Source: Octopus sinensis (Eukaryota). From it: a stretch of DNA of 64,000 nt. The translations under genes were made by a program, and so were the position numbers. The stretch is taken from contig NC_043002.1 in NCBI RefSeq assembly GCF_006345805.1, positions 92,752,001 to 92,816,000 on the forward strand. The letters run 5' to 3'. Shown here piece after piece: positions 47,621-61,850 of this stretch. The first letter of the stretch is position 1; each line of letters begins with the position of its first letter. Below the pieces are notes generated by a model, which was not told the origin of the DNA, ran no database searches, and saw only the letters and a list, made by a program, of their open reading frames with translations.

Positions 47621-48899
47621 TAGTCCGAGACTATCACTTCATCCATTTTCAACAGTATACATACATTAGTATATTTGCTTCATTCTCCGTGTGTGTTTAC
47701 ATATAGTGAGAGATGCGTGACTTCGGAGAGTTTAACGCTTCTTTCTAGCAAAAAGTTGCATATTGTACCCTGACTTTTAACATATAAATTTGCATACATA
47801 TATATATATATATATATATACTGTGTGTGTGTACATGCAGACACACATACATTATACATGTACACACGCACATATATAAGTGCATCTGCATATTCATGTG
47901 TATATGTGTATGTGTATACACGCACATACACATACATGCATACATACATACATGCATGCATGCATACATACATACATACATACATACATACATACATACA
48001 TACATACATACATACTCGCATATACATATGTACTTATATGTCATCTTATCTTCTTCGTTGTATTGAGCCATATACACATGTATTATTTGCAGTTAACTAC
48101 TGTTATTTCTGCCGCTAAAACACCCACTCGCACTCTAACAAATGCTAACCGACGCCATTTTGTTTACGACACTTTCTTCCGAACGTATTGCCATAGAAAT
48201 ATTATCAGGTAAAAATCCTCAATGAAAATCACGAAGATTACATTTTTTTAAGGCTTCTGAGAACAGTGATTCATATTTTTTTTTTATTTGGAATATTTTT
48301 TCTATTCATCTTCTGGTTTTGGAAAGACAACTGAAGTATTTTGTCTCTCCCTGGACTGAATCTGGGAAGATGTGCTGTTACCTTACATATGAGAACATTG
48401 AAACAATCACACATATACCTACATAGATTACATTCACTCATATATACTTGCTTAAGGTTGTGTTGAAGCATTCTTGTAGATACTCACACACACACACATA
48501 TATAATATAATATAATATATTATATATACATATATATATTGTATAATATAAATAAATATATATATATATATACACACACACACAAGCATATATGGGTACA
48601 GGAGGTCGTCAACAGTAAACAACACGAAATACGAAAACAAATGAGTTAAACACGCAAATAACAAGAGAAAAAAATGGAAAACAGGACAACTAATACAAAG
48701 AATACAAAGAATGACTCTTCATCAGTTGTCGGCTGCCTATCTACTTATCATTTCGAGCAATCAACAACAATATGAGTCTTCGACGACAGTTGCTCCCATA
48801 TAATACCAAAATAAAATTTTGAAATTATGGAGAGTCAAAGTTGGGAGGAAAGCCAGGATAGTGGAGACACAAACACACACACACACACACACCACACAC

Positions 48900-48947
<48 letters not shown>

Positions 48948-49180
48948 ATATATATATATATATACACGCATACACACCAAACCATATAAGAATTTAGGAG
49001 CTTCAAAAGCGGGAAATAATTCTTCTTTTTGGTACTATTGATCTCGAAGCAGATGAAGTTATAAATAAAAATGTATAAATATGGATTAAAACCCTTGGAA
49101 ATTATATTTTTGTGTTGAAGTATTCTTGGAGCTACTCATATTCAGACACATGCACACATTTATATAAATAAGTACATATA

Positions 49181-49266
<86 letters not shown>

Positions 49267-49558
49267 GAGGGCATTATTACACATAAATGCCTCACACTAA
49301 GAGGGACATAAGTCATTACTACCAAATTTCACTAATCGTACCTAATGCAGTTTTTCAAAGCAAGACATTTAAAAATGAAAGATGCCTTATTAAGAAGTAT
49401 CCTTAATTGTTAAATTTATATATATGTACATATCGGCGCAGCGCGTGGATGCATAGCACCTTGACCACTATAGCTTCGAGCCCACCAAAGCTTGTGTATA
49501 GATTTGTTTCGCAGGAACTAAAAGGAGCTCGTCGCATAATATATATATATATAGTGTG

Positions 49559-49675
<117 letters not shown>

Positions 49676-49860
49676 GTGTATATATACATGTATATACACG
49701 CACGCGCTTCTGTGTGTGTGTGTGTGGTGGGGGGGGGGCAAAGACTATCTATAAATAGCATGGGCCCTCAGAAACTCTAGGTTAGTTCCTGGCATGCTGG
49801 AAGACCACTGGGAGTGAGGCACCTCAACTTTTGCTAAATCATGTCTCTAGGAGAAGGTAA

Positions 49861-50836
49861 CCTATATATATAAAACTGAGAATGTGTGTCTGTCTTTCTG
49901 TCTGTCTGTGTGAATCCCTAAAATTTGAGAACTACACAACCAATTTCATTCAAATTTTACACATACCTTACTTAGGGTCCATGTAGTTTCATGGGCAAAA
50001 AAAGTTCAACTTCTTGCCTAGAGCGAGCCCATAGCAATATCATATCTTCTCCACTATTTCAGTATTACGTGTTAAAAGTGAAACAAAAACATTTCTCTAT
50101 TTTATGCCAGATACTTTCACTTTAACAATAAAAATTGATGATAATAATAACAATTGAATTATATGTAGTAAGTAATAAGTAAAATCAAACTAAAGTATAA
50201 TATAATCGTAACATAACAAAAGTAAAAATAGCAATTGGTATAAAATTGCATCAATGACTTGAACTTGAATAAGTGGTTTCACATGAATGGGAATAAATTA
50301 AAAATGAAATTAGCGTGCAGAAATGAAATAGTCCAGATAGATAATAAAAAAATTAAATTAAAGAAAAGACTATTATCTATAAAGTAGTCTTGGTGCAACT
50401 ATGAAAGATATTTAACCAGAGGCAGTAAATTCGCCACAATAGAAGCAAGGTTCGAGTCAACGGAGCGTGCAAGGGAGTACTCGACTCGAACTTGCAGAGT
50501 GGAAATATTTTATTTTTACCTTTATATCTGGGATGTAGGACGTGCCGGATAAAAATTTAAAATGTCCCACCGCCCCAGAAGTTGAGGTAGGCCAAACTTC
50601 TATACAAGAGGGAGGACAAGATACAATTGATCGAAATTGCAAGAGACGGGCTTACAATTCCAGTCTGTTATATATTTTTGAGTGTTGTTATCACTAGCGA
50701 TATCAAGATATAACTTGTATTTTGTATTTTTTATGTGAGAAGTATATATAAGATGTACATGTAAATGTACACATATATATACACATATATGCATGCACTA
50801 GCACTATGACCCGGCAACGACGGGTCATAATGCTAG
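49861..50836 (+). mobile_element. Non-autonomous Helitron
   Basis: 5' CTATATATATAAAACTGAG plus (TGTC) repeat. 3' ACTAGCACTATGACCCGGCAACGACGGGTCATAATGCTAG|T. Confidence 0.8.
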
Positions 50837-50849
50837 TCATATATAAATA

Positions 50850-51123
50850 TCTCTCTATATATAAAACTGAGAATGTGTGTGTGTCTGTCTGTGTGTCTGT
50901 CTGTCTGTGCGTCTGTCTGTGTGTTTCCCTAAAACTTGAGAACTACACAACCAATTTCATTCAAATTTTACACATGCCTTACTTAGGGTTCATGTAGTTT
51001 CATGGGAAAAAAATGTTCAACTTCTTGCCTAGAGCGAGCCCATAGCAATATCATATCTTCTCCACTATTTCAGTATTACGTGTTAAAAGTGAAACAAAAA
51101 CATTTCTCTATTTTATGCCAGAT
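50850..51123 (+). mobile_element. Second, 3'-truncated copy of the same Helitron, head-to-tail
   Basis: A|TCTCTCTATATATAAAACTGAG...; matches ~49862-50112. Confidence 0.8.
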
Positions 51124-51898
51124 AAAAGTAATCCCATGTACATAAGGAGTAAGTATAGCTGAAGAGTAAACTCTAGTCTCATGTAGCTAAGGAGTTAAAA
51201 AAAAAACATATCCACAAAGCTCAGGACTAATAATTCGTTTCTTGTATGTAGCTAAGGAGTAAAAAGAAGTCCCATGTGGTTAAGTAGCATAAAAAATAGT
51301 CTCAATATGGCCTGAGAACAAAAATAGTCTCATGTAGCTAAGGAGTAAAATGAAATACACTCAGCTAAAGAACAAAACGAGTAACATGGAATTATTAGGC
51401 ATGGTACTGAATAAGAAGAATCTGAGTATTATGACAATATGAAATGAGAAAACGAAGAACAGAAGTGCTAATGAAAGAAAAGAATTTGATCTCGTTCCTT
51501 GTCTGAATAACCAATAGTAAAATACTAATATTTCCAGGAATCATTCTTTAAATGAGTGATGACCAAATTGGCTTCCTAGAAATAATGGATTTCTTCGAAG
51601 AAAAACAAACGGATAATATAAAACGTTAACGCTTGAATAACAATCTCTGAACCAAACGAAAAAAAAATTGTATTCGAAGGTAAAATTATATTTAAACATA
51701 CGCACACATAAATACGCACATACATGTACAAGTACATTGAAAACGTACACTTACGCATGCATAAGAGTACATTTGAATACACACACGTATAAAAGTATGG
51801 AACGCACGAATATAATCACTCCCATACACACATGCACAATTACATCAGAAATATATCCTAGGCAGTGTCGGCTTCGACTAAGACAACATATATGTGCG

Positions 51899-51971
<73 letters not shown>

Positions 51972-52031
51972 CCGCGTGTGTACGATTTTTTTTCCTCCGT
52001 CTTCCCTTCTCTGGATCTTTCCTTTTCCTAT

Positions 52032-52066
52032 GTTTCTGACGAAGAGCTCCGCTCGAAACGTAAAAC
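52032..52066 (+). ncRNA. Minimal type I hammerhead ribozyme (Penelope-type)
   Basis: GTTT-CTGACGA-A-GAGC[TCC]GCTC-GAAAC-GTA-AAAC. All core residues present; predicted cleavage after 52062. Confidence 0.8.
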
Positions 52067-52329
52067 CCTCCTTCTTCCCTTCCTTCCTGAGTGTCCAATA
52101 ATACTATATTTGTTCCACGTCCTCGCGTTGTTGTGTTTTCTCTTTGTGTTTTCCTGTTTGGATTAATATATATATATATATAGCAATAATAATTCTCTAA
52201 ACGAGATATAGACAGTAACTGCTCCATATATATATATATTATATATATATATATATAATATATATATAATAGGTATGTATGTATATGTACCTTCAAAACG
52301 TGGAGTAGATGAAACAGAGGCGGCTGAAG

Positions 52330-52950
52330 AAGGTAGAAAGATAGAGAGGGACAGGTGAAGAGAGAGATGGACAGGTAGAAAGATAGAGAGGGACAGGATA
52401 GAAAGAGAGAGATGGACAGGTAGGAAAGAGAGAGAGGGACAGTAGAAAGAGAGAGAGGGATAGGTAGAAAGAGAGAGATGGACAGGTAGAAAGATAGAGA
52501 GGGACAGATAGAAAGAGAGAGATGAACAGGTAGAAAGAGAGAGATGGACAGGTAGAAAGATAGAGAGGGACAGGTAGAAAGAGAGAGAGGGACAGGTAGA
52601 AAGAGAGAGAGGGACAGGTAGAAAGATAGAGAGGGACAGGTAGAAAGATAGAGAGGGATAGGTAGAAAGAGAGAGATGGACAGGTAGAAAGAAAGGGATG
52701 GACAAGTAGAAAGAGAGAGAGGGACAGGTCGAAAGAGAGAGAGGGACAGATAGAAAGAGAGAGATGGACTGGTTGAGAGATAGAGGGACAGGTAGAAAGA
52801 GAGAGAGGGACAGCTAGAAAGATAGAGGGGGACAGGTAGAAAGATAGAGATGGACAGGTAGAAAGATAGAGAAGGACAGGTAGAAAGATAGAGATGGACA
52901 GGTAGAAAGATAGAGAAGGACAGGTGGAAAGAGAGAGGTGGACAGGTAGA
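52330..52950. repeat. 22-bp purine-rich minisatellite
   Basis: Unit ~GACAGGTAGAAAGA(T/G)AGAGA(G/T)G, more than 25 copies. Confidence 0.92.
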
Positions 52951-54171
52951 TGAGGTGTGCATACATAAGCATCTGTATTCATATAAGCACAATAATACTA
53001 GCTACTTCTCTCCTGTTACCATCCGTATATAATCATACGTAGACGTATACATATATGCTTACGCATACACAGAAAGTTGCACGCTACAGATATACACATT
53101 CATATACGTCATACATACAAACACATTTACGTCACACGCATACGTATAAACATATGCACTTCATAGGTTTATAAACCACCATCATCACACACACACATAC
53201 ACACACACACAAAAAAAACACATGCATACGTATACACACACATGCACATCACAAACACACCTGCGTATACACAGACATACCCGCACATTCACATATACAC
53301 GTGCTACACATACATACGCAAGGACAACTACGTAGTCATTCATGTCACAAACACGACTGCATAACCACACAGACGCTTCCATGCACACACACACATTCAC
53401 AAACACACACACACATACGCACACGCACTCCACGCATACACACATCATTACACTCACACGCTGCGCACACCTTCACACACACACACGTAGTCACAGGTAT
53501 GCACTCTACACACATGCATCACAACACGCACACACTGTATACAAAAACATACGCACACATCATACACAAAAACATACACAAACGCATGCACACATACACA
53601 CACACACCACACAATAAAGACGTGATGTGTGTGACAGGTAAGTGATGAGATTTTACGAAGTCCTGAAATATTAGAAAACACTGTTTGAATATCAGAATTT
53701 CCATCATCGCCAAATAAGGATTTCTAAATCAACAAATTTACATAAAATATGAAGGAAAAAATACAAAGAAAACAAAGTAAATGAAAGAAAGACGAGGTAA
53801 AACCATTGAACAAAACAAATTTCCGCCATGTTTTTAACGACACTATTACAGTTACGTAATAACATGATGGCGCCGTTTTTTTACTTCTTCATTTGGCTAT
53901 TTCTGTTTTTATTTCTATGTTTTATAGAATTCTCTCTCGTTTATTGATTTCTGTGATGAGCACAAGGACTCGATTTTTGTTTTCAAGGGTGGGAAGGTAA
54001 AGTCGTTTGATTATATTGCCTAACACCCATTCCCAGCTTTTGATTGGCATATTATTTAATGGAACCCAGAAGGGTGTAAAATGGAGTTGATCTCGGCAGG
54101 ATTTTAATTCAGAGCATAAAGGAACCCTAAAGAACCGTAACTAAATAGTGCAAGGCATTTTGTATGACGTT

Positions 54172-54583
54172 CTTACTCTCTTACTCTCTTACTTGTTTCA
54201 GTCATTTGACTGTGGCCATGCTGGAGCACCGCCTTTAGTCGAGCAAATCGACCCCAGGACTTACTCTTTGTAAGCCTAGTACTTATTTTATCGGTGTCTT
54301 TTGCCCAACCGCTAGGTTACGGAGACATAAGCACACCAGTATCGGTTCTCAAGCGATGTTGGGGGAACAAACACAGACACACAAACGTATACACACACGT
54401 ACATATAAACATATATACATATATACGACGGCTTCTTTCAGTTTCCGTCTACCAAATCGACTCACAAGGCTTTGGTCGGCTCGAGGCTATAGTTGAAGGC
54501 ACTCGCCCAAGGTGCCACGCATTGGGATTGAACCCGGAACCATGTGGTTGGTAAGCAAGCTACTTACCACACAGCCACTCCTT
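54172..54583 (-). mobile_element. SINE family C
   Basis: Full-length reverse copy. Confidence 0.85.
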
Positions 54584-55292
54584 GCGAATGTAATCACAAA
54601 AGCATTGTCTATGTTATTGGCCATCTCGACTGCAATACTTTATCGGTATCTATTTTATCGACCCCAATACATATTTTTATGTTGGAGGAGCAGCGGCAAG
54701 AAAATAGGAAGAAATCACAGACAAGCGACCAGCCCCGAATACTGGCAACAGCTATCAGGTGATGGGGTTAAACCGGGCGTGGAATTAAATCTACCACCCG
54801 ATGTTATGTAAAACTCTTTTTTTCCTTTCTGCCGCTATTAGTAGCCGCGATGTCTAGCTTCATTATAAGGTAAAAATCTCAGCAGTTAATTGAATTTAAT
54901 AAGGAACAACGTAGAAGAGCCAGTTTTTTAACTCACAAGCTCTCAGATTCACTTCAAATTTAAATCTATTTCATGAGGTGTCAAAATTTCAAATGAATTT
55001 AACAGCTTCGTGTGTTACTAAATGGCTCTTCGGCGAGGTAGTTGCTTCATTTTCTAGACACGTTTTCAGATTAAGTCACTTTCTGAACTCCACAATTTAA
55101 CAAGTTGACGTGAAATAAATATCGTCTACTTTATTTTATCGACAAGGCAAATTCGTTCTTGCCGGCATGGAAATATGAAATGAACGGGGAAAAGGCATCT
55201 CCGTGAAATTTTAAAGGTAAAGGGAGACAAATGCTATAAGCTATTTTGTCCTGTGCCCTACTGTTTCTGCTAATATAACGCCATAACATGAA

Positions 55293-55379
<87 letters not shown>

Positions 55380-55384
55380 GCAAC

Positions 55385-55890
55385 AATCCTTTGTACTAAA
55401 GACACAAGGCCTGAAATTTGGGGAGAGGTGACTAGTCGATCACATCGATCCCAGTGGTTCACTGGTACTTAGTTTATCGATCCCGAAAGAATGAAAGGCA
55501 AAGTCGACATCGGCGGAATTTGAACTCAGAATGTAGAGACGAGCGAAATACCGCTAAGCATTTCGTCCAGCGTACTAACAATTCTACCAGCTCGCCGCCT
55601 TCCAAATAATAATAGCAAAAAATTTGGGCACAAGGCTTGCAATTTTTTAAGGGAGAGTGGAAATCCGATTATATCAACCCCAATACTTGAATGGTACGGC
55701 AATTCTGGGAGAGAGGATAAATAGATTACATCGACCTCAGTACTCAACTGGTACTTATTTGATCGACACGAAAAGATGAAAGACGAAGTCGACCTCGGCG
55801 GAATTTGAACTTGAAAGTAATTTGAATTTGAAAGTGAAGACAGACAAAATACCCCCGCCATGCTAATGATTCTACCAATCTTCCGTCTTA
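55385..55890 (-). mobile_element. Two adjacent SINE A copies (alternative tail) between (TAA)n runs
   Basis: Reverse heads end at ~55601 and ~55890; flanked by long (TAA)n. Confidence 0.75.
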
Positions 55891-55902
55891 ATAATAATAA
55901 TA

Positions 55903-55947
<45 letters not shown>

Positions 55948-56651
55948 TTCATTTATTGGCCACCAGAGCCGAGAAATAGGGGACAATACAGTTTGCCAAT
56001 GTGGTTGGTAGTAGGTCAACCCTTAGATTCTATAGTGGTGGGCAAGAACAAGAACGCTCTCGGTGACACCAGTTGTCGACGAAGGACTACGGACTAACAA
56101 GAAATCTATCGACTACTTCTAGAAATCACTGTCTGGTATAGCTGCCGGAGCAAAATTGCCAGTTTGGAATAAAATTCAATATACACGCATATGCGCTATT
56201 TGCTCGGTGCGTACGAGATGCGCAGTAAATGATGAAACCGTCATCTGAACAATCTCTCTGTGTTCTGAATTGCGAATTATGCCAAACACGTGTATATCAG
56301 AACTGGCTATCAACCGAGCCAACTGTAAAGATCGACCACGCAGCTTTCCTTTTGATGAGAAGAGTAGCTATTTGTCCACAATCTGATTGGAGCTTTGACG
56401 AAACAAGTTTTATGATGGGCATATTTGAAAAGAATTGTGAATAGACACTTTGCTTTTCTGCTTTTCGGTCAAGTCCTCAGAATCGTCTTCAGGTTTCATT
56501 TGGAGAGGAAGCTAATAGTAGTTTGGATGGCGCTGCGTTCTAGAGAATTTATTGAAACGTCCATAAAAGTAGTGACTATCTTACAAGTGAAATGGATTTA
56601 CTCTAAAAATCCGCCTATGGGAAGAGAGCACAACTAGCTAGGTGAGGCTGA

Positions 56652-57091
56652 GGATCTTTTCGGTTTGAACGGCAGTTTTTTCTAGTGGTGTCATAGGAAA
56701 TTATCACCCATAATTATGACCCTTGTATCGATCTATTGCATTTCAATGTTTTAGGGTTAGGGTTAGTTAGGGTTAGGGTTAGGGTTAGGGGTGGGGAGAA
56801 GGGTATCTTTTTTTCTTCACAAATGTAAATAAACCCAATCTGTTTCTTAAACGAGGGGCATATTCATACGGCACAGAATGGTTTTTTTACCTCAATAGAC
56901 GGTCATTGATTGGTTGAAATTGCAGAAATGGAAGAACAAAAACAACAAATATCTTACAAACTATAGAATTTTCTCAATAAAGCCAAGAGAAAAAGATGTT
57001 TTATAAACACATTCTACCAGTATACGAAGTTTAAAATTTTTTAGTTATCTAGAAATTATGTTAAAAACTGCCGTTCAAACCGAAAAGATCC
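56652..57091 (+). mobile_element. MITE with TTAGGG repeats, copy 3
   Basis: TIR GGATCTTTTCGGTTTGAACGGCAGTTTT / AAAACTGCCGTTCAAACCGAAAAGATCC; imperfect 8-bp TSD GAGGCTGA/GAGGTTGC. Confidence 0.9.
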
Positions 57092-57290
57092 GAGGTTGCT
57101 TCCTTTTGATAGTCAGGGTAATCCTGGGATCTTTAAAGTTCATTGATTAACAGCTAGATATCTATCTTCGTACTCGAAACTCATTTCAGTCTCATTTGTA
57201 TAATACTGTTTTCATGACTGTTCTTTATGTATTTTGTTTTAATTATCGATTCTCTGTAACCCTCGATACATACAGTTTTTATAATCTCTC

Positions 57291-57677
57291 TTGTGGAGGC
57301 GCAATGGCCCAGTGGTTAGGGCAGTGGACTCGCGGTCATAGGATCGCGGTTTCGATTCCCAGACCGGGCGTTGTAAGTGTTTATTGAGCGAAAACACCTA
57401 AAAGCTCCACGAGGCTCCGGCAGGGGATGGTGGCGATCCCTGCTGTACTCTTTCACCACAACTTTCTCTCATTCTTACTTCCTGTTTCTGTTGTACCTGT
57501 ATTTCAAAGGGCCGGCCTTGTCACTCTCTGTGTCACGCTGAATATCCCCGAGAACTACGTTAAGGGTACACGTGTCTGTGGAGTGCTCAGCCACTTACAC
57601 GCTAACTTCACGAGCAGGCTGTTCCGTTGATTCGGATCAACCGGAACTTTCGTCGTCGTAACCGACGGAGTGCTTCC
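57291..57677 (+). mobile_element. SINE family B
   Basis: Full length; 10-bp TSD ATAATCTCTC. Confidence 0.92.
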
Positions 57678-57800
57678 ATAATCTCTCCATGCGATCTCCA
57701 TCCTTCGGTTTCTCTTGTGGCAAATAAAGAAATCATCATCAACATCACCATCGCCACCAGTATCATATTCGCTGTCGTCGTCGACGTTATTAGTATTGTG

Positions 57801-58130
57801 AAGGCGGCGAGCTGGCAGGAACGTTAGCCCGCCGGGCGAAATGCTTTGCAGTATTTTGTCTGCCGTTACATTCTGAGGTTGACTTTGCCTTTCATCCTTT
57901 CGGGGTCGATAAATTAAGTACCAGTTACGCACTGGGGTCGATCTAATCGACTTAATTCCTTCGTCTGTCCTTGTTTGTCCTCTCTGTGTTTAGCCCCTTG
58001 TGGGTAGTAAAGAAATAGGTATTTCGTCTGCCGTTACGTTCTGAGTTCAAATTCCGCCGAGGTCGACTTTGCCTTTCATCCTTCCGGGGTCGATAAAATA
58101 AGTACCAGTTGCGATAAATTAAGTACCAGT
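57801..58130 (+). mobile_element. SINE family A with a second body starting at GGTATTTCGTCTG (58018)
   Basis: Head-core-tail, then AAAGAAATA|GGTATTTCGTCTGCCGTTACG. Confidence 0.88.
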
Positions 58131-59680
58131 TGTGGTGCTTTTCTTCACTACTGAAGTGATGGTGGGTGATCTTCCCCTCTGTGACCTGGTGGGGCAAAAT
58201 CTACTGAGGAAATTATTTAGATGATCATGATCTCAGTAGATTCTGCCCCACCAGGTCACAGAGGGGAATACCACCCACCATCACTTCAGCAGTGAAAAAA
58301 AGCACTACAGAGCGATGGAGTGGCTGGACTGCACCCACCCGAAATCCTGAGAACAACAATCAGATGGAAGAAATGATTGCACATGCAGTAGGGGCCAGTG
58401 TAAAAACGACATTGAAGAACCACATAGTAAAGTTTAACAAAAAAACTATACATGCAGGTTGAAGGTGCAGCTATCGGTGTCGGTGTAGCTAGAGATGTGG
58501 CCGGCCTCTTCATGACCTGGTGGGACAGAAAACAAATGTTAGCAGAACAGTCCACAACTCTTCTACTCTACAGTAGATATGTAGATGACATTAATATCAT
58601 AGTTAGGACCAACTCTAGTGACGGTAGTGAAGAAACTGAGAAGGACGTAATGGAGAGCATCCAGCAAATAGCTAACTCCATCCACCAAAGTATCAAGGTA
58701 ACTATAGATTACCTCACTAAGCACCCCAACAATAGACTACTTGTACTTTATACTGAACTTTGGTTAGAGACTGTGAACAATAGAGTGCTGCTCCTCCAAT
58801 CCTATTACATGAAACCCCGAACTTCAAAATATGTTGTTCACAAGAACTCAGCTTTATCACACAACATGAAAATTAACATACTGATAGCAGACTTACTTAG
58901 AATAATGAACAATATTGCCCCCGCTATGCGAACCCTATGAAACGAAAAAATATATACAGAACTTCATGCATCGCATGCAGTTCTCTGGATATGATCAGAA
59001 AGATAGGGTTTGAGTATACAGGTCGGCTAGAAAGAAATTAGACAACATTATATGTAATGATACCAGTGGTACCTGCCCTAAATATAGAAACAAAGAATGG
59101 AATAGGATACAAAGAGCTTGTGATAAAGCAAACGGGGCGAACACGTGGTATAAAACCGACAAATATCAAGCAGTGATGTTTGTAGAGGCCACAGCCCATG
59201 GAGAACCAGCCCGTAGATTTAGAAAAGCTCTGAAGGAGACCAAACTCAACATTAAGATTGTTGAAAAGCTAGGGAACTCATTCAGATCACAACTATGTAG
59301 GACGTACCCCTTTGAGAATACCATATGATAACTGCATGGTATGTAGGATTAGCCCTGGCATGAACTGTAGAACTCAAAATGTAGTTTACAGCATAAGATG
59401 CATAGAAGTTGCTTGTAAAGACATGAACATGACATACAAAGGGGAGACATCTAGGAATATTGCAGAACGAGTAAATGAACATCTGAGACGATATGACGAC
59501 AAAAAACAGTCCTCCATACTCTACCAACAGGCCAAAGACCACCACGGAGGCAACTTGGGTCAACTTGACATCCGCATCTTATCCAAGCACCCAAAAGACC
59601 CAACACTCAGGTAAATACGGGAATACGTCCTTATAAATGAAACCTCCCAATACTAAATAGAAAATATACATAGTAGATAT
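58131..59680 (+). mobile_element. Penelope-like element (probably Naiad clade): RT + GIY-YIG pseudogene with 5' fold-back
   Basis: LYMQVEGAAIG, YSRYVDDINI, MQFSGY, CPKYRNKEW, VMFVEAT, CMVC..NCRTQNVVYSIRC..YKGETSRNIAERVNEH. Frameshifts near 58920 and 59325. Confidence 0.82.
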
Positions 59681-60148
59681 CATACCTCCATAACCACAGT
59701 TTACACAGGTAGAGTAGAATAGTTAATGAGCAGTTATGTAGATAGATGTATGTATGTATGTGTGTGGGGGTATATATGAGTGTATGTATATGCATATGAG
59801 CATATGGATATAAAAAGAAGCAGACCAACATACAGACGGATAGGTTCATAGTTTATATGAACAGACAAGCACACATACGTAAATTGAGACTGAAACACAT
59901 GACCATATATACACACGCACACTTTACTCCACACAAGGAAACATATGGAGACACGTGTCCACACGTAAGGAAATGCACATCCATGCATACAAACATGGCA
60001 CATAGTTTCAAAACACACACGCACTCAGGCATGCACACACAAGGAGACAGAGGTACATACATATACAAACACACGCACACACACACACATACATAAAAAA
60101 TACACAAGCACATGAATATGCAGAATACACGCATACAGATGCACACAC

Positions 60149-60179
<31 letters not shown>

Positions 60180-60540
60180 TACATACATACATACATACAT
60201 ACATACATACATACATACATACATACATGCATGCATACATACATAGGCACACACACACACACTGCCCCACACGCATGCGCACAAACAAACAAAAAGGAAC
60301 GCAGTGTAAATAACGGACAGTCAAGACTATTGAAAAGTTTGCAAGACGCGACGAAAATTTTTGGAAAATAAAAATAAGGAATAAGTGGAAATTTTACCGG
60401 TGAGTGTGTTAAATTATGAGGCACAAAACGAAAATGACTCTCCCCAGACACAAGAGAATATGCTTTAACACACGAACTCACATAAACAAACTTGCAAAAC
60501 AAATCCCTAAACGAAGTATTATTATTATTATTATTATTAT

Positions 60541-61080
60541 TGAGTGAGAGAGCAGTTCATGCTATCAAAGTGACACTGGGGTAAAATATACGAAGCCCAA
60601 TATACCCATCATGACTACCCGTCTGATAAGGGTACACCAGGCACATACATCACAACCATATGTGCGCGACATGGTGATCTCATATCAAGATAAGCAGCAC
60701 ATGACCTTGCAGGTGGGGCCCAGTTAGAATTTTCTTCAGGTTGAGTAGCCCATTCCGCCCAAAAGGTCTCTGAATAAGGGTTGTTTAAGGATGTTGAAAG
60801 AACCACACATGTTTCCAGAGGTGAATTATTCAAACCCCAAAGAGGCTATGATGCTCCCCCACTACTTCTGCTCGTGATCAGAGATGCACATATCGTCAGC
60901 CACTAAGGGACATGCTCAACTGGTTAAGGTCAAGCAACTGATAAGCAAATCTGTGGTATTGAGCAGAATATTTGCTGTAGCCCATCTTTTATACCAAGAC
61001 AAAACAATGTACATGATAACACTTCCAATCAGTTAAGATCAGAAGCCATGAGAGCCACTGCCTGGTACTGCATCAGGGCA
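60541..61080 (-). mobile_element. Interspersed retroposon-like repeat flanked by (ATT)n
   Basis: Shares ~150 bp with 17225-17630; (ATT)n at both ends. Class and strand uncertain. Confidence 0.55.
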
Positions 61081-61119
61081 TTATTATTATTATTATTATT
61101 ATTATTATGTTCATCATCA

Positions 61120-61165
<46 letters not shown>

Positions 61166-61463
61166 GTTTTGAGTTCAAATACCGCCGAGGTCAACTTTGC
61201 TTTCATTCTCTCGAGGCCAATAAATTAAGTTCCATTTGCGTACTGGATCGATCTAATCGACTGGCCCCCTTCTCCCCAAATTTCAAGCCTTGTGCCTATA
61301 GTAGAATGGATTACTATTATTATTACTTTATTACGACGGCGAGTTGGCGGAGCCGCTAGCACGCCAGAGAAAGAGCAGCGTTTCGTCCATCTTCACGTTC
61401 TGAGTTCGAATTCCGCCGAGGTTGATTTTGCCTTTCATTCATTCAAGCTCTATTAAAATAAGT

Positions 61464-61850
61464 GTGGAGGCGCAATGGCCCAGTGGTTAGGGCAGCGGAC
61501 TCGCGGTCGTAGGATCGCGGTTTCGATTCCCAGACCGGGCGTTGTAAGTATTTATTGAGCGAAAACACCTAAAGCTCCACGAGGCTCCGGCAGGGATGGT
61601 GGTGATCCCTGCTGTACTCTTTCACCACAACTTTCTCTCACTCTTTCTTCCTGTTTCTCTTGTACATGTATTTCAAAGGGCCGGCCTTGTCACTCTCTGT
61701 GTCACGCTGAATATCCCCGAGAACTGCGTTAAGGGTACACGTGTCTGTGGAGTGCTCAGCCACCTACACGTTAATTTCACGAGCAGGCTGTTCCGTTGAT
61801 CGGATCAACCGGAACCCTCGTCGTCGTAACCGACGGAGTGCTTCCACTCC
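61464..61850 (+). mobile_element. SINE family B nested in the core of a SINE A copy
   Basis: 12-bp TSD ATTAAAATAAGT. SINE A head at ~61335-61460, remainder at 61851-61930. Confidence 0.9.

Noticed and set aside
48092-48208. Possible internal exon (TTTGCAG ... AG|GTAAAA)
   Set aside because: No recognisable protein and no partner exons; chance splice-like signals.
48700-48760. CTGATGA on the minus strand as a fourth hammerhead
   Set aside because: No stem II followed by GAAA at a suitable distance.
56750-56795. Telomere remnant or chromosome fusion site
   Set aside because: The TTAGGG units are internal to a multi-copy MITE.
59005-59020. In-frame TGA in the Naiad-like ORF as selenocysteine
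   Set aside because: It falls in RV*VY, more simply a CGA-to-TGA decay in a frameshifted copy. I recognised no SECIS.
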